A DNA stretch of 64,000 bases, taken from NCBI GenBank assembly GCA_013288805.1, contig JABDBE010000001.1:26182-90181 (forward strand), in the 5' to 3' direction. Under the pieces are notes generated by a model that saw only the letters and a list, made by a program, of their open reading frames with translations, did not search any database and was not told the origin of the DNA. Source of the DNA: Acidobacteriota bacterium. Lineage in GTDB: Bacteria > Acidobacteriota > Terriglobia > Terriglobales > Acidobacteriaceae. Position 1 is the stretch's first letter; each line of letters begins with the position of its first letter. Positions 45,503 through 55,658 of the stretch are shown here, one piece after another. Position numbers and translations under genes: made by a program.

Positions 45503-46951
45503 TCAGCGTTGGCGGTTCATATAAACCTGCAGAACTTCCTGCATGACGCTTTTCAAAGGCACATGGCATTCAGCCGCAATGCGCCGGCAATCCTCATATT
45601 CAGGAGCATAATTCGTGACTGTGCCATTCATGCTGGCAACCTTCATCCGTATATCGCCCCATCGGGTCGCTATCGTCACCCATTCTCGCGCGAGTGTTTG
45701 ACGCTTTTCCTCCCGCTGCCGCACGCCTAGCGTCGACGTTTCCGTGAAAATCAGATCCATCATTTTCGGTGCATCCTCGTTGCGGCAAAGAACCGTTAGC
45801 AGCATGCCCGGGCGATTCTTCTTCATCTGCACGGGCATGCCAAAAGCATCCAGCGCGCCCTCCTCGAGCAAACGGTCCATCACATAGCCGAAGACTTGCG
45901 GATTCAGGTCGTCGATATTGGCCTCGAGCACGGTGATCGTATCGCAAGGGATCCCCGCCGTAAATTCCGGCTGACTTTCGCCGATGGCAAGCCGCAAAAC
46001 ATTCGCGTGTCCGGCAAAGTCACGAGTGCCTGCACCGTAGCCGGTCTTTTCTATTTTCATTGCCGGAAATGGCGCGAATCGTTTTGCCAGCGTTTTGACG
46101 ATGGCCGCGCCAGTTGGTGTGACTAGTTCGAATTGGATTCCAGACGAATACACCGGCGCATCTTTCAACAACTCGAGCGTCGCCGGCGCCGGCACGGGCA
46201 AAGTTCCGTGGGCGCACTTCACGGTGCCTCCGCCAACGTTCAGCGGCGAACAGACGATTTCGTCGACCCCGAGTGAGTCAACCCCAACTGCGGCGCAGAC
46301 AATATCCACCATCGCGTCCACCGCTCCTACTTCGTGAAAATGGACTTTCTCGATGGTGGTGTCGTGAATCTTGGCCTCTGCTACGCCGAGCGCTTCGAAG
46401 ATAGCGAGAGCTAAGGTTTTCGCCCCGTCGCTAATTGCCGCCTTGCGGATAATGCCGCGGATTTCATTCAGCCCACGTCCATGTTCATGGGAATGGTTGT
46501 GAGCATGCTCGTGTTCGCGCGATGCTGGCTTCGCATCGCGATGCGCCTCGACCAGCGCTGATGCGGTTCTGGTCGGCGAAGGTCTTTGCCCTTGCAACGC
46601 ATAATTGTGCTCTAACAAGGCGATCGGTTCAGATTCGTGAGCACTCGCGTGTTCGAGCTCGTGAATTTGTGGATGAGCCCGTTCCTCGTGTTCGTGGGCT
46701 GGTCCAGAATGTTCTTCGTGCTGCTCCAGATAAGCCTCGCGTGGCTGGTCCTTCTCGCCATGCGAATAAACATCTGCCTTAATTGCACTGATGCCGTTAC
46801 GCTTAACCCGAGAAATCTCCAGCCGGGCATCGATATTCAGCGCCGCGACCGTTTGCTCGAAGAGTTGCTTCGGTACACCGGCATCGACCAGCGCGCCCAG
46901 AAACATGTCGCCGCTGATGCCGGAAAAACAATCAAGGTAGGCTATACGCAT
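45503..46951 (-). CDS. larC: nickel-pincer cofactor biosynthesis protein LarC (DUF111) with His-rich insert
   Basis: MRIAYLDCFSGISGDMFLGALVDAG N-terminus. HEHEHAHNHSHEHG tract. Confidence 0.9.
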   Translation of the reverse strand: MRIAYLDCFSGISGDMFLGALVDAGVPKQLFEQTVAALNIDARLEISRVKRNGISAIKADVYSHGEKDQPREAYLEQHEEHSGPAHEHEERAHPQIHELEHASAHESEPIALLEHNYALQGQRPSPTRTASALVEAHRDAKPASREHEHAHNHSHEHGRGLNEIRGIIRKAAISDGAKTLALAIFEALGVAEAKIHDTTIEKVHFHEVGAVDAMVDIVCAAVGVDSLGVDEIVCSPLNVGGGTVKCAHGTLPVPAPATLELLKDAPVYSSGIQFELVTPTGAAIVKTLAKRFAPFPAMKIEKTGYGAGTRDFAGHANVLRLAIGESQPEFTAGIPCDTITVLEANIDDLNPQVFGYVMDRLLEEGALDAFGMPVQMKKNRPGMLLTVLCRNEDAPKMMDLIFTETSTLGVRQREEKRQTLAREWVTIATRWGDIRMKVASMNGTVTNYAPEYEDCRRIAAECHVPLKSVMQEVLQVYMNRQR

Positions 46952-47007
46952 AGAGCTTGATTTTCATCATAGGGAAGCATGCACATGGCGTCAAACCGCT
47001 GTTGCGC

Positions 47008-49032
47008 ATGCCCTCTGCTACAATCACTGTTTTCGTCAACCGCTTCGAGGGATTCTTGTATCGTCATCTGGAACGCCGGCTAGCTCAGCAAATTCGAAAG
47101 TTCCTGCACCGCAGTTACGGTCTCGATTTGCCCAAGATCGTCATCGAGCAGCCGCCTCGGGTCGAGCTTGGCGAATATGCATTGCCACTTGCTTTTGAGT
47201 TGGCCAAGAAGCTGCGCAAGCCGCCCCGAAAGATTGCGGAAGAGATTGTTGCCGGCATCGGGCCGATTGATGACTTTGAGAGGCTCGAACTCGCTGGTGC
47301 TGGCTACATCAACGCACGAGTCAAGCGCGAACAACTTGCTTCCGCGCTCTCTGCCGATGAAAGACCGAAGGCCGAGGTTCCGCGCGGCAAAGTTCTGGTC
47401 GAGCACTCCAGCATCAATCCAAACAAGGCCGCGCACATTGGACACCTGCGCAATGCCATTCTCGGCGATACATTCGTCCGCCTGCTGCGTTTTGCCGGCA
47501 GGGAAGTCGATATCCAGAATTACATCGACAATACCGGCGTGCAAGTTGCGGACGTGATCGTCGGGTTCTTACATTTAGAAAAAAAATCGCGCGCCGAAAT
47601 CGAAGCGCTCACCCGCCTGCCGCGTTTCGATTACTTCTGCTGGGATTTGTACGCACAGGTCTCACGCTGGTACGAGCAAGATAAGCAGAATCGAGATGCC
47701 CGCGTGCAAGTGTTGCACGCGCTCGAGGAAGGTGGAAACGAGACCGCGGCAATCGCCGACTTGATCTCGCTCGCTGTGCTACGCCGCCATCTCGAAACCA
47801 TGGACCGGCTGGATATCGAATACGATTTTCTTCCTCGCGAAAGCGAAATCCTCCACCTGCACTTCTGGGACGCAGCTTTCGCCAAGCTCAAGGACGCCGG
47901 CGTGCTTTCCTTCGAGACCGAAGGCAAGAATAAGGGTTGCTGGGTGATGCGGCGGGGAAAAGTGATCCCAAAAGAAGCCGAGAACACAGAAGTAGCTGAA
48001 GAAGACCAGAAAGTCATCGTGCGATCGAATGGCACCGTGGGCTATGTCGGCAAAGACATTGCCTACCACTTATGGAAGTTTGGATTGCTGGGACGCGATT
48101 TTGGATATCGCAAGTTTTATCGCTATCCCAATGGGCATGACTGCTGGATTTCGACGACAAACGGCGACCCCAACCATCCGCACTTCGGTGATGTGGCAGA
48201 AATCTACAATGTGATTGATGCGCGTCAGGCTGAGGCGCAGAACACTGTCGTCGAAGCGCTGCGCGGGCTTGGGTATAACGAGCAGGCCGATCACTACACG
48301 CATTTTTCCTATGAGATGGTCGCGCTCACCCCGCGCTGCGCGGCCGAACTGGGCTACGAGTTGTCGGAGGAGGACAAGGCGCGTTCCTATATCGAAGTTT
48401 CTGGGCGCAAAGGTTTCGGAGTAAAGGCCGACGATTTAATTGACACGCTCATCGCCTCGGCGAAAAAGGAGGTCGATTCGCGACACCCGCAGTTAAGTGA
48501 GGAAGAGCGCATGACCATCGCCACGCAGATTGCAGTTGGCGCGCTGCGATATTTCATGTTGAAGTTCACTAAACCATCCGTGATTGCGTTCGATTTCAAA
48601 GAGGCGCTGAGCTTTGAGGGTGAGACAGGACCGTACGCGCAGTATGCAGTCGTACGCGCCAGCAATATCTTTCGCAAGGGTGGCTTCGATCCCGACACAT
48701 TCGCCGGAGACGTAGCTAGCTACGTCTCTACGGACGACTTCGAGAAGTACTTGAACGGCGCGGACGGGAATGAAATATGGGAGCTGTGGCTGGCGTCCTC
48801 GAAGACGTCTTACGTGATTGATCAATGCATTGCAACTACCGAACCGGCTTATTTGGCCAAGCATGTATTTCAGTTAGCCCAGCTTTTCAATACCTTTTAT
48901 CACCGGCACCCCATTCTTGCTGAGCCGGACGAGAGCCGAAAAAGATTTCTGCTGGCCACGGTCGCGGTGGTTCGCCGCGAATTGACTCGCGCCTTGGCGG
49001 TGATGGGGATCGCAGTCCCGGCAGCGATGTGA
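47008..49032 (+). CDS. argS: arginine--tRNA ligase
   Basis: HSSINPNKAAHIGHLRN (HIGH region) and a DALR anticodon-binding C-terminus. Start at Met18 of the track ORF. Confidence 0.93.
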   Translation: MPSATITVFVNRFEGFLYRHLERRLAQQIRKFLHRSYGLDLPKIVIEQPPRVELGEYALPLAFELAKKLRKPPRKIAEEIVAGIGPIDDFERLELAGAGYINARVKREQLASALSADERPKAEVPRGKVLVEHSSINPNKAAHIGHLRNAILGDTFVRLLRFAGREVDIQNYIDNTGVQVADVIVGFLHLEKKSRAEIEALTRLPRFDYFCWDLYAQVSRWYEQDKQNRDARVQVLHALEEGGNETAAIADLISLAVLRRHLETMDRLDIEYDFLPRESEILHLHFWDAAFAKLKDAGVLSFETEGKNKGCWVMRRGKVIPKEAENTEVAEEDQKVIVRSNGTVGYVGKDIAYHLWKFGLLGRDFGYRKFYRYPNGHDCWISTTNGDPNHPHFGDVAEIYNVIDARQAEAQNTVVEALRGLGYNEQADHYTHFSYEMVALTPRCAAELGYELSEEDKARSYIEVSGRKGFGVKADDLIDTLIASAKKEVDSRHPQLSEEERMTIATQIAVGALRYFMLKFTKPSVIAFDFKEALSFEGETGPYAQYAVVRASNIFRKGGFDPDTFAGDVASYVSTDDFEKYLNGADGNEIWELWLASSKTSYVIDQCIATTEPAYLAKHVFQLAQLFNTFYHRHPILAEPDESRKRFLLATVAVVRRELTRALAVMGIAVPAAM

Positions 49033-49069
49033 GAAGGATCTCGCTCGGAACCACACGGTTCTCGCAGGC

Positions 49070-50557
49070 CTAGTTATTAAATTCCCGGGCGAACTGCACC
49101 AGGCTGCGTACCGCAATCCCGGACGGACCTTTCGCGATCCAGGGTTTATTTTCTTCCATCCATGCGGTGCCAGCGATGTCGAGGTGTAGCCACGGAGTGT
49201 CTTCAGCAAATTCCTTCAGAAACATCGCCGCGTTCACTGCGCCACCCCAGCGGCCACCGGAGTTGACGATATCCGCGATGTTGGAGCGGATATTGTCTTT
49301 GTACTCGTCGTCGAGCGGAAGCCGCCAGAACTTCTCGCCCGCTTCGTCGGTGGCACGATTGAAACGCTCGTACATCTTTTCGTCGTTCGCGAACACGCCC
49401 GCGTTTACATAGCCAAGCGCGACCACGACTGCACCAGTTAGTGTGGCGGCGTCGATTAGATGGGTGCAACCGAGCTGACGCGCGTAGCACAGGCCGTCGG
49501 CCAGCACCAGCCGGCCCTCGGCATCAGTATTGATAATCTCGATCGACTTGCCGGACATGGCAATCTGTATGTCCCCCGGCTTCTGTGCCTTGCCTGACGG
49601 CATATTCTCGGTAGCGCAAATAATCGCGGTGACTCGGGTCTTCGGCTTGAGCAGCGCGATTGCCCGCATCGCACCAATCATTGCGGCAGCGCCGGCCATA
49701 TCGTACTTCATCTTTTCCATGCCGTCCGCGGGTTTGATCGAGATACCACCCGTGTCGAAAGTAACGCCCTTCCCAACCAAGCCGAGCACCGGAGTTGCAG
49801 GCGCGTCCGCTGGCTCGTAACGCAAAACGATCAGCGCGGGAGGTTCGTCCGAACCTTGAGCGACGCCCCAGAATGCGCCCATCTTCAATTCTTTCAATTT
49901 GTCGGCGCCGTAGACTTCGGCTTTAAGGCCAACTTCTTGCGCCATTTTTCGGGCGCGCTCCGCCAGAATGGTTGGCGTCATGCGGTTGCTGGGCTCGTTC
50001 ACCAGGTCGCGAGTGAAATTCTGCGACTCGCCAATGACGCGACCTTCGTCCATCGCCTTTTGCAGTTTGACCTGATCTCCTTGCGTAACCACGGTCACTG
50101 AGTCGATCCTCTGATCTTTGCGGTCGCTCTTATAAGTGTCGGGGTCGAAGTTGCCGACGAAAGCGCCCTCCACAATAGCCTTCACCGCTTCGTCGCTCTC
50201 GATGTTTTGGGGCGCCAGAAATACCAAGCTGCGAATCCCCTTCGGCTTTAGGTATCGGACGGCAACGCCAGCCAGCTTGCGCAACTCGGAAGCGGTAAAA
50301 TTCTTGGCCTTGCCGCCACCCAGCAACAGCAGGCGTTTTGCCTTCAGCTTTGCGGGGCGATGCAGCAACGTCGTTTCGAATATCTTCCCAGTAACTTCAC
50401 CGCTGGCAATCACTTCGGTCGCGGCGTCTCTATCAGCGCCATCGCCAGCCTCGACCCTGACTTCGGTTTTATCTTTTGAGCCGTGATCAAGGACCACCAC
50501 GGCTAGGCATTCGGTTTCGACTTCTGCTGGGTTGGCAAAAGAGAGGTTTGTCTTCAT
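49070..50557 (-). CDS. pepA: leucyl aminopeptidase (M17)
   Basis: NTDAEGRLVLAD signature. Start at Met35 of the track ORF. Confidence 0.9.
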   Translation of the reverse strand: MKTNLSFANPAEVETECLAVVVLDHGSKDKTEVRVEAGDGADRDAATEVIASGEVTGKIFETTLLHRPAKLKAKRLLLLGGGKAKNFTASELRKLAGVAVRYLKPKGIRSLVFLAPQNIESDEAVKAIVEGAFVGNFDPDTYKSDRKDQRIDSVTVVTQGDQVKLQKAMDEGRVIGESQNFTRDLVNEPSNRMTPTILAERARKMAQEVGLKAEVYGADKLKELKMGAFWGVAQGSDEPPALIVLRYEPADAPATPVLGLVGKGVTFDTGGISIKPADGMEKMKYDMAGAAAMIGAMRAIALLKPKTRVTAIICATENMPSGKAQKPGDIQIAMSGKSIEIINTDAEGRLVLADGLCYARQLGCTHLIDAATLTGAVVVALGYVNAGVFANDEKMYERFNRATDEAGEKFWRLPLDDEYKDNIRSNIADIVNSGGRWGGAVNAAMFLKEFAEDTPWLHLDIAGTAWMEENKPWIAKGPSGIAVRSLVQFAREFNN

Positions 50558-50721
50558 AGTTTGTGTAATTCCAGTATCGTCGTCGGCAGGGTAAAAGTGC
50601 AAGCGTCTATGATTCCAAAGAGCTAAGAATTTAGGTACTCGTTTTGCTCGCGCAGGCATCCTATAAAGTAGCTGGTCTTAATAGGCATCCGAGATGAACT
50701 TCTGTTCGAAAGGAGAAGTTT

Positions 50722-51669
50722 ATGAAAAAGTATTGCCCGCTACTTGCGATGCTATTCGCAATTGTCGCTTTGTTTGCTACCGTGCAAGTGGCCATCGCTC
50801 AGGAAAGCCCGGCGCCCGCAGGGCCCTCCGTGAACCTGGTGGCGACCGTTGAAGCGCGTCACGGCTCCAACATTCCCACCATCACTCGCGACGACGTGAT
50901 GGTGTATCAAGGTCGCGACCGCGACAAGGTGACCGGCTGGCTGCCGTTGCAGGGCGACCACGCGGGGCTCGAATTGTTCATCATGCTTGACGATTCATCG
51001 AACGTAAGCCTGGGTTCACAGCTGGAAGATATCCGCCAGTTCATCCTGGCACAGCCTGTGTCGACAAAAGTTGGGATTGCGTACATGCAGAATGGCATTG
51101 CGCAGGTCCTGCAGAATCTCACCACTGATCACGCGCTTGCGGCGAAAGCGCTCCGCCTTCCGCTGGGAAATCCTGGCGCCAACGCGAGCCCGTATTTTTC
51201 TCTGGGTGACTTGATCAAACGTTGGCCGGAAAATCCCGAACGTCGTGAGGTCATCATGGCTACCGACGGCATTGACCGATACTGGGGCAGCGGCCCGGAC
51301 AATGCATATGTCGATACGGTTATCGAACAAGCCCAGCGCGCCGGAGTCATCGTTTACACCATCTACACGCCGGGCGAAGGACACTACGGCCACAGTTATT
51401 GGCGCACCTACTGGGGTCAGAATTATCTTTCTCAGCTTGCCGACGAGACTGGTGGCGAGAGTTATTACCTCATCGGCTCCGCCCCCCCGGTTTCATTCAC
51501 CCCTTATCTTCAGGACGTAGGCCGCAAGCTGGGTAATCAATACCTGCTGACGTTTATTCCCAAGCCACAAAAAAAGGCGGGGATGGAGCGAATCAAGCTG
51601 CAGACCGAGATACCAAATGCGGAACTGGTGAGCGCGGATAGAGTCTACGTTCCAGCTACGCCACAGTAA
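50722..51669 (+). CDS. secreted VWA-like domain protein
   Basis: Signal peptide. LFIMLDDSSN...IMATDGID pattern resembles a VWA MIDAS-like fold; the family call is tentative. Confidence 0.65.
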   Translation: MKKYCPLLAMLFAIVALFATVQVAIAQESPAPAGPSVNLVATVEARHGSNIPTITRDDVMVYQGRDRDKVTGWLPLQGDHAGLELFIMLDDSSNVSLGSQLEDIRQFILAQPVSTKVGIAYMQNGIAQVLQNLTTDHALAAKALRLPLGNPGANASPYFSLGDLIKRWPENPERREVIMATDGIDRYWGSGPDNAYVDTVIEQAQRAGVIVYTIYTPGEGHYGHSYWRTYWGQNYLSQLADETGGESYYLIGSAPPVSFTPYLQDVGRKLGNQYLLTFIPKPQKKAGMERIKLQTEIPNAELVSADRVYVPATPQ

Positions 51670-51687
51670 GAAAGTTTCTCAGCCGAC

Positions 51688-53301
51688 TTATTTGCCTGCG
51701 GCCACGGAGTATCTGCGGAAGAAACTATCCTGCTTCCACTGCGGCCGCTCCGGGTTCTGCGCGACCGAAATCATCAGGCCGCGAATTACTTCTTCATAGA
51801 GCGCGGCTGCCGACAGATCTACAGGCTGATTCAAATCGTCGGACGGTGCGTGATAGCGCTGGGTGAGCCACTCTTTGAAGATCTTCTGTTCGGGAGAGCC
51901 GGGCGCGGCGCCAACTCCCATCGCTAACGCCGGAACTCCGTGTCGGATAAAGTTGTATTGATCGCTGCGGATGAAGATATTGCGTTGCGGTTCGGGATCC
52001 GCTTGTACAGTGATGCCATGTGCCTCCGCGACTTCACGGGCCGCGTCGCCGAGATCGGACTCCGCCAGCCCGAACACAGTGAGAACCTTAAGCGGAACAA
52101 TGGGCAGGAACATGTCTACATTAATGTCCGCCACCATCGACTTTGGATCGACCGTGGGATGTGCCGTGAAATATTTTGAGCCGAGCAACCCTTTTTCTTC
52201 TCCGGTCACGAATAGAAACAGAATCGAGCGCTTGAGCTTTTCCGGCGATTTCTTCAATGAAGCCGCGACGTCGAGCAGCAAAGCACTCCCAGACGCATTA
52301 TCCATTGCGCCGTTATAGATACGATCGCCGTTGATGGGTTCGCCGATGCCTAAGTGGTCGATGTGCGCAGACAGAACGACGTATTCGCTCTTGAGTTGCG
52401 GATCACTCCCCGGCAGCTTTGCAATGACATTGGCCGATTCGAGGCTCTTCTTTGCAACCTTAGCTTTCGCCTCGATCGAGGCTGTCAGCGGGAAGCGCGG
52501 CAGTTGCTTGCGTTCCTTCGCTGCACTTAGAATTTCTTCAAAACTGTGTCCCGATCCCTCGAAAAGCTTTGCCGCGCTCGCCGGATTGAAGACCACAACC
52601 AGCTTCTCGCCTTCGGTCTCGTTGAATTCCGGATCAGCCAACGCCATGCTGGGACGGGTGCGGCTTAGCGACATACGAGACCATGGAATATCCATGCTCG
52701 CGGGATTGGCAATGGCAACGACTCCGACTGCTCCGGCCTTATGAAGAGTTTTCCATCGTTCCGCGGCAGTTTGATAATGCGACGCCAGGGCTCCTGGAAT
52801 GTCGGCGGGTGAACCATTCAAAATCACCACTACTTTGCCATTCAGATCGAGGCCTGCGAGGTCGTCGTAGTTTTTCTCGGGAATGCTCAATCCGTATCCC
52901 ACGAAAACCAGCGGCGCTTTTAGTTCGGGTGCAAGATCGACTCGCGTGCTGAAGTAAGCATCTTCGCCGAGGGTGAGCGGCTCAACTTTACCGTCGCGGA
53001 CGAGGGCGAGGCTGGAATCCTTTTCGACAATCTGCCGCGATTCGAATCTCGCTGTTTGGTAGAAACCATCGGTCCCCGCAGGCTGAAGGCCCGCCTGCTT
53101 TAGCTGATCGACAATGTAAGCCTCCGCTCGGCGCAGGCCGGCACTGCCGGTCTCGCGGCCTTCCATGTTGTCGTCGGCAAGAACTTTGACGTGATCCCAC
53201 CAGGTTTTGCCGTCGAAGTGACTAGGCGCGGTCTGCTGTGGAAACGCGAAAATTGCAACGAATAGACATGATGAAGATACAGTCAAAAATCTTTTCAACA
53301 T
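51688..53301 (-). CDS. M28-family aminopeptidase with PA domain
   Basis: HIDHLG...NGAMDNASG...LFLFVTGEEKGLLGS. Confidence 0.85.
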   Translation of the reverse strand: MLKRFLTVSSSCLFVAIFAFPQQTAPSHFDGKTWWDHVKVLADDNMEGRETGSAGLRRAEAYIVDQLKQAGLQPAGTDGFYQTARFESRQIVEKDSSLALVRDGKVEPLTLGEDAYFSTRVDLAPELKAPLVFVGYGLSIPEKNYDDLAGLDLNGKVVVILNGSPADIPGALASHYQTAAERWKTLHKAGAVGVVAIANPASMDIPWSRMSLSRTRPSMALADPEFNETEGEKLVVVFNPASAAKLFEGSGHSFEEILSAAKERKQLPRFPLTASIEAKAKVAKKSLESANVIAKLPGSDPQLKSEYVVLSAHIDHLGIGEPINGDRIYNGAMDNASGSALLLDVAASLKKSPEKLKRSILFLFVTGEEKGLLGSKYFTAHPTVDPKSMVADINVDMFLPIVPLKVLTVFGLAESDLGDAAREVAEAHGITVQADPEPQRNIFIRSDQYNFIRHGVPALAMGVGAAPGSPEQKIFKEWLTQRYHAPSDDLNQPVDLSAAALYEEVIRGLMISVAQNPERPQWKQDSFFRRYSVAAGK

Positions 53302-53350
53302 GGAAGCAAATCCCTCCGTTCACTTTCTGCTTCTCGTGAGCAAGAAAACA

Positions 53351-55447
53351 TCACCACACCCTGCATTGATTCGCATGCACCATGGGCGAGCCTTTCTTGC
53401 AGGAAAACGCTTCTTGAAATTCGGGCATGTTAGAGACGACATTGTTCACCCGGTATTTCGGGATGGTATGCGGGTTGGTTAGGACGACCGTCCGCATGAG
53501 TTCAGGACGATACTGCTGGCACCACTGGTTGGCATAGGACAAGAAGAATTTCTGCCGCAGAGTCCAGCCATCAGCGTCTTTGGCATCGACCGACTTGCCT
53601 TGTAACTGGAGTTTGTTAGTCACCGCCATAAAGGCCAGTCGCAGGCCGCCGTTGTCGGCCGTGTCCTCCCCTTGGGTTAAGTGTCCGTTCTGCTTCACTC
53701 CAGCTTCCGGGATTTCCTCGGTGTATTCGTTGGCGATGCACTCGCCACGTTCTTCATAGGCCTTTGCGTCCGCCGGAGTCCACCAATCGCGCAGGTTTCC
53801 TTGGGCGTCGAACTTGCGGCCTTCATCGTCGAAGCCGTGGGTGAGTTCGTGTCCAATCACCATACCGATGGCGCCATAATTCACCGCATCCTCCATGGCG
53901 CTGTCGAAATACGGCGGCTGCAGAATGCCAGCAGGGAAGTTGATGGTATTCAGTTGCGAGCTGTAGTAGGCATTGATCGTCGGGGGTGTCATGCCCCACT
54001 CTTCGCGGTCGACAGGTTTGCCGATCTTGGCAAGCTGGCGGTGAAACTCGAAGGCGGTCGCTTCGTGAACGTTATTGAGATAGCTGTTGCGCGTGATTTG
54101 CACCGACGAATAATCGCGCCAGTGATCCGGATACCCAATCTTGTCTTCTATAGCGCGCAGCTTGATTTTCGCCTGCTCCTTCGTTGCCGGCTGCATCCAG
54201 TCAATGTTGGTGATGTCCTGGTCGAGAGCGTGTTCAATGTCGTGTACCATGGCAACCGTGCGCTGTTTGCTCTCCGGCGGAAAAGCCGCCGCCACGTAAG
54301 CTTGCCCGAGTGCCATTCCGAGATCGCGGTCGGCAGCCCGGACACATCGGCGCCACCGAGGCAGCTGTTGTTTTGCTCCCAGCAACGTGTGGGAATAAAA
54401 ACCCCAGTTTTCATCGACAAACGCTTTGCCCAGATAAGGCGCGGACCCGTCGATCAGGTGCCAGCGCAAATACACCTTCCAATCGTCGACAGAATGCTGT
54501 TGAATTAACGGTTCAAGGGCGCGAAAGAATTCGGGAGAACTTACGATGTAGTGCGGCGAAGACGGCGGGGCATTGACCACCTTGAGATAGACCTTCCAAT
54601 CAAACGAAGGGGTCAACGCCTGGACTTGCTCCAAGCTCATTTTGTTATTCAGGTTCTTCGGGTCGCGACGCGCCACATTGTCCATCTGGGCCTGTGCCAT
54701 GGCGGTTTCTATACCGATAATCGTCTTGGCATCGGCTGCAGCTTGTTGTGCGTTTTCTCCTGCAAGCACAAGCATCTTGCCGATGTGAGTTTCGTACTGA
54801 CTACGGATTTCCTTGGATTTCGCGTCGTCCTTTATATAAAAATCGCGGTTGGGCAGTGCCAGTCCGCCTTGATCGATAGAGGCGACAACCTTGGATGCAT
54901 CGTCATAATCCTGCTGCTGGCCGAAACCCAGGAGCGCAGCACGAGTCTGATTATCGTCGCCGTCCCATGCTCCCGGAACAGCCATGTGAACGTAGGCCAC
55001 CTGGCCCGCAAGCTGAGACTTGTTTTTCATCTGATCGATGCGTTCCAATCCCGCTTTTAAATCGCGTGTTCCGGCCGATTCGATTCCTGATTCGTCCGTG
55101 CAGGCAGCCCAGTAATCGCCGATCTTCTGTTCGTAGTCCGTGCGATTACTGCTTTGCGCCGCTGCTTTCTGTAGAGCTTCACGCAAAATATTCTCATTCC
55201 AATACCGCAGCCCGCTGCCGGTGCCCCACGCTACCTGGTCAGCGGGAATGGGGTTGGCGGCATTCCACTTGCTGCAGGCGTATTCGTAGAAGTCCTGGCA
55301 GGGATCGAGCGATTTATCGACCAAGTTGATATCGAAGTGCTCCAGTTTGGGAGCGCTCTCAGCGGCGGGCATGCTTTGGGCGTTCGCACCAACGAAGCCG
55401 ACCACGGAACAGAGAACGACTATGAGGACGAATCTCAGAATATGCAT
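53351..55447 (-). CDS. M13-family zinc endopeptidase (PepO/neprilysin-like)
   Basis: VIGHELTHGFDDEGRKFD and GEDTADNGG motifs. Signal peptide. Confidence 0.92.
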   Translation of the reverse strand: MHILRFVLIVVLCSVVGFVGANAQSMPAAESAPKLEHFDINLVDKSLDPCQDFYEYACSKWNAANPIPADQVAWGTGSGLRYWNENILREALQKAAAQSSNRTDYEQKIGDYWAACTDESGIESAGTRDLKAGLERIDQMKNKSQLAGQVAYVHMAVPGAWDGDDNQTRAALLGFGQQQDYDDASKVVASIDQGGLALPNRDFYIKDDAKSKEIRSQYETHIGKMLVLAGENAQQAAADAKTIIGIETAMAQAQMDNVARRDPKNLNNKMSLEQVQALTPSFDWKVYLKVVNAPPSSPHYIVSSPEFFRALEPLIQQHSVDDWKVYLRWHLIDGSAPYLGKAFVDENWGFYSHTLLGAKQQLPRWRRCVRAADRDLGMALGQAYVAAAFPPESKQRTVAMVHDIEHALDQDITNIDWMQPATKEQAKIKLRAIEDKIGYPDHWRDYSSVQITRNSYLNNVHEATAFEFHRQLAKIGKPVDREEWGMTPPTINAYYSSQLNTINFPAGILQPPYFDSAMEDAVNYGAIGMVIGHELTHGFDDEGRKFDAQGNLRDWWTPADAKAYEERGECIANEYTEEIPEAGVKQNGHLTQGEDTADNGGLRLAFMAVTNKLQLQGKSVDAKDADGWTLRQKFFLSYANQWCQQYRPELMRTVVLTNPHTIPKYRVNNVVSNMPEFQEAFSCKKGSPMVHANQCRVW

Positions 55448-55658
55448 GGGTAAATCTCCTGGCTCTGAAAGGAATGGGTGGTCTCGCGAACCAATGGCGA
55501 ATCGACTTGGCTTGACACGTTGGACAAGGAGCTAAATATCTGCGGCAAGAAGTTTATCGCAGTTTGGAAAGGCGTGCTTGGATAGCTCTTAATGGAATCG
55601 GGTATGCGGCAAGGCTTTCCGGAATTTGAACTTTGGGTAGTTAAAAACCCTGCAGGCT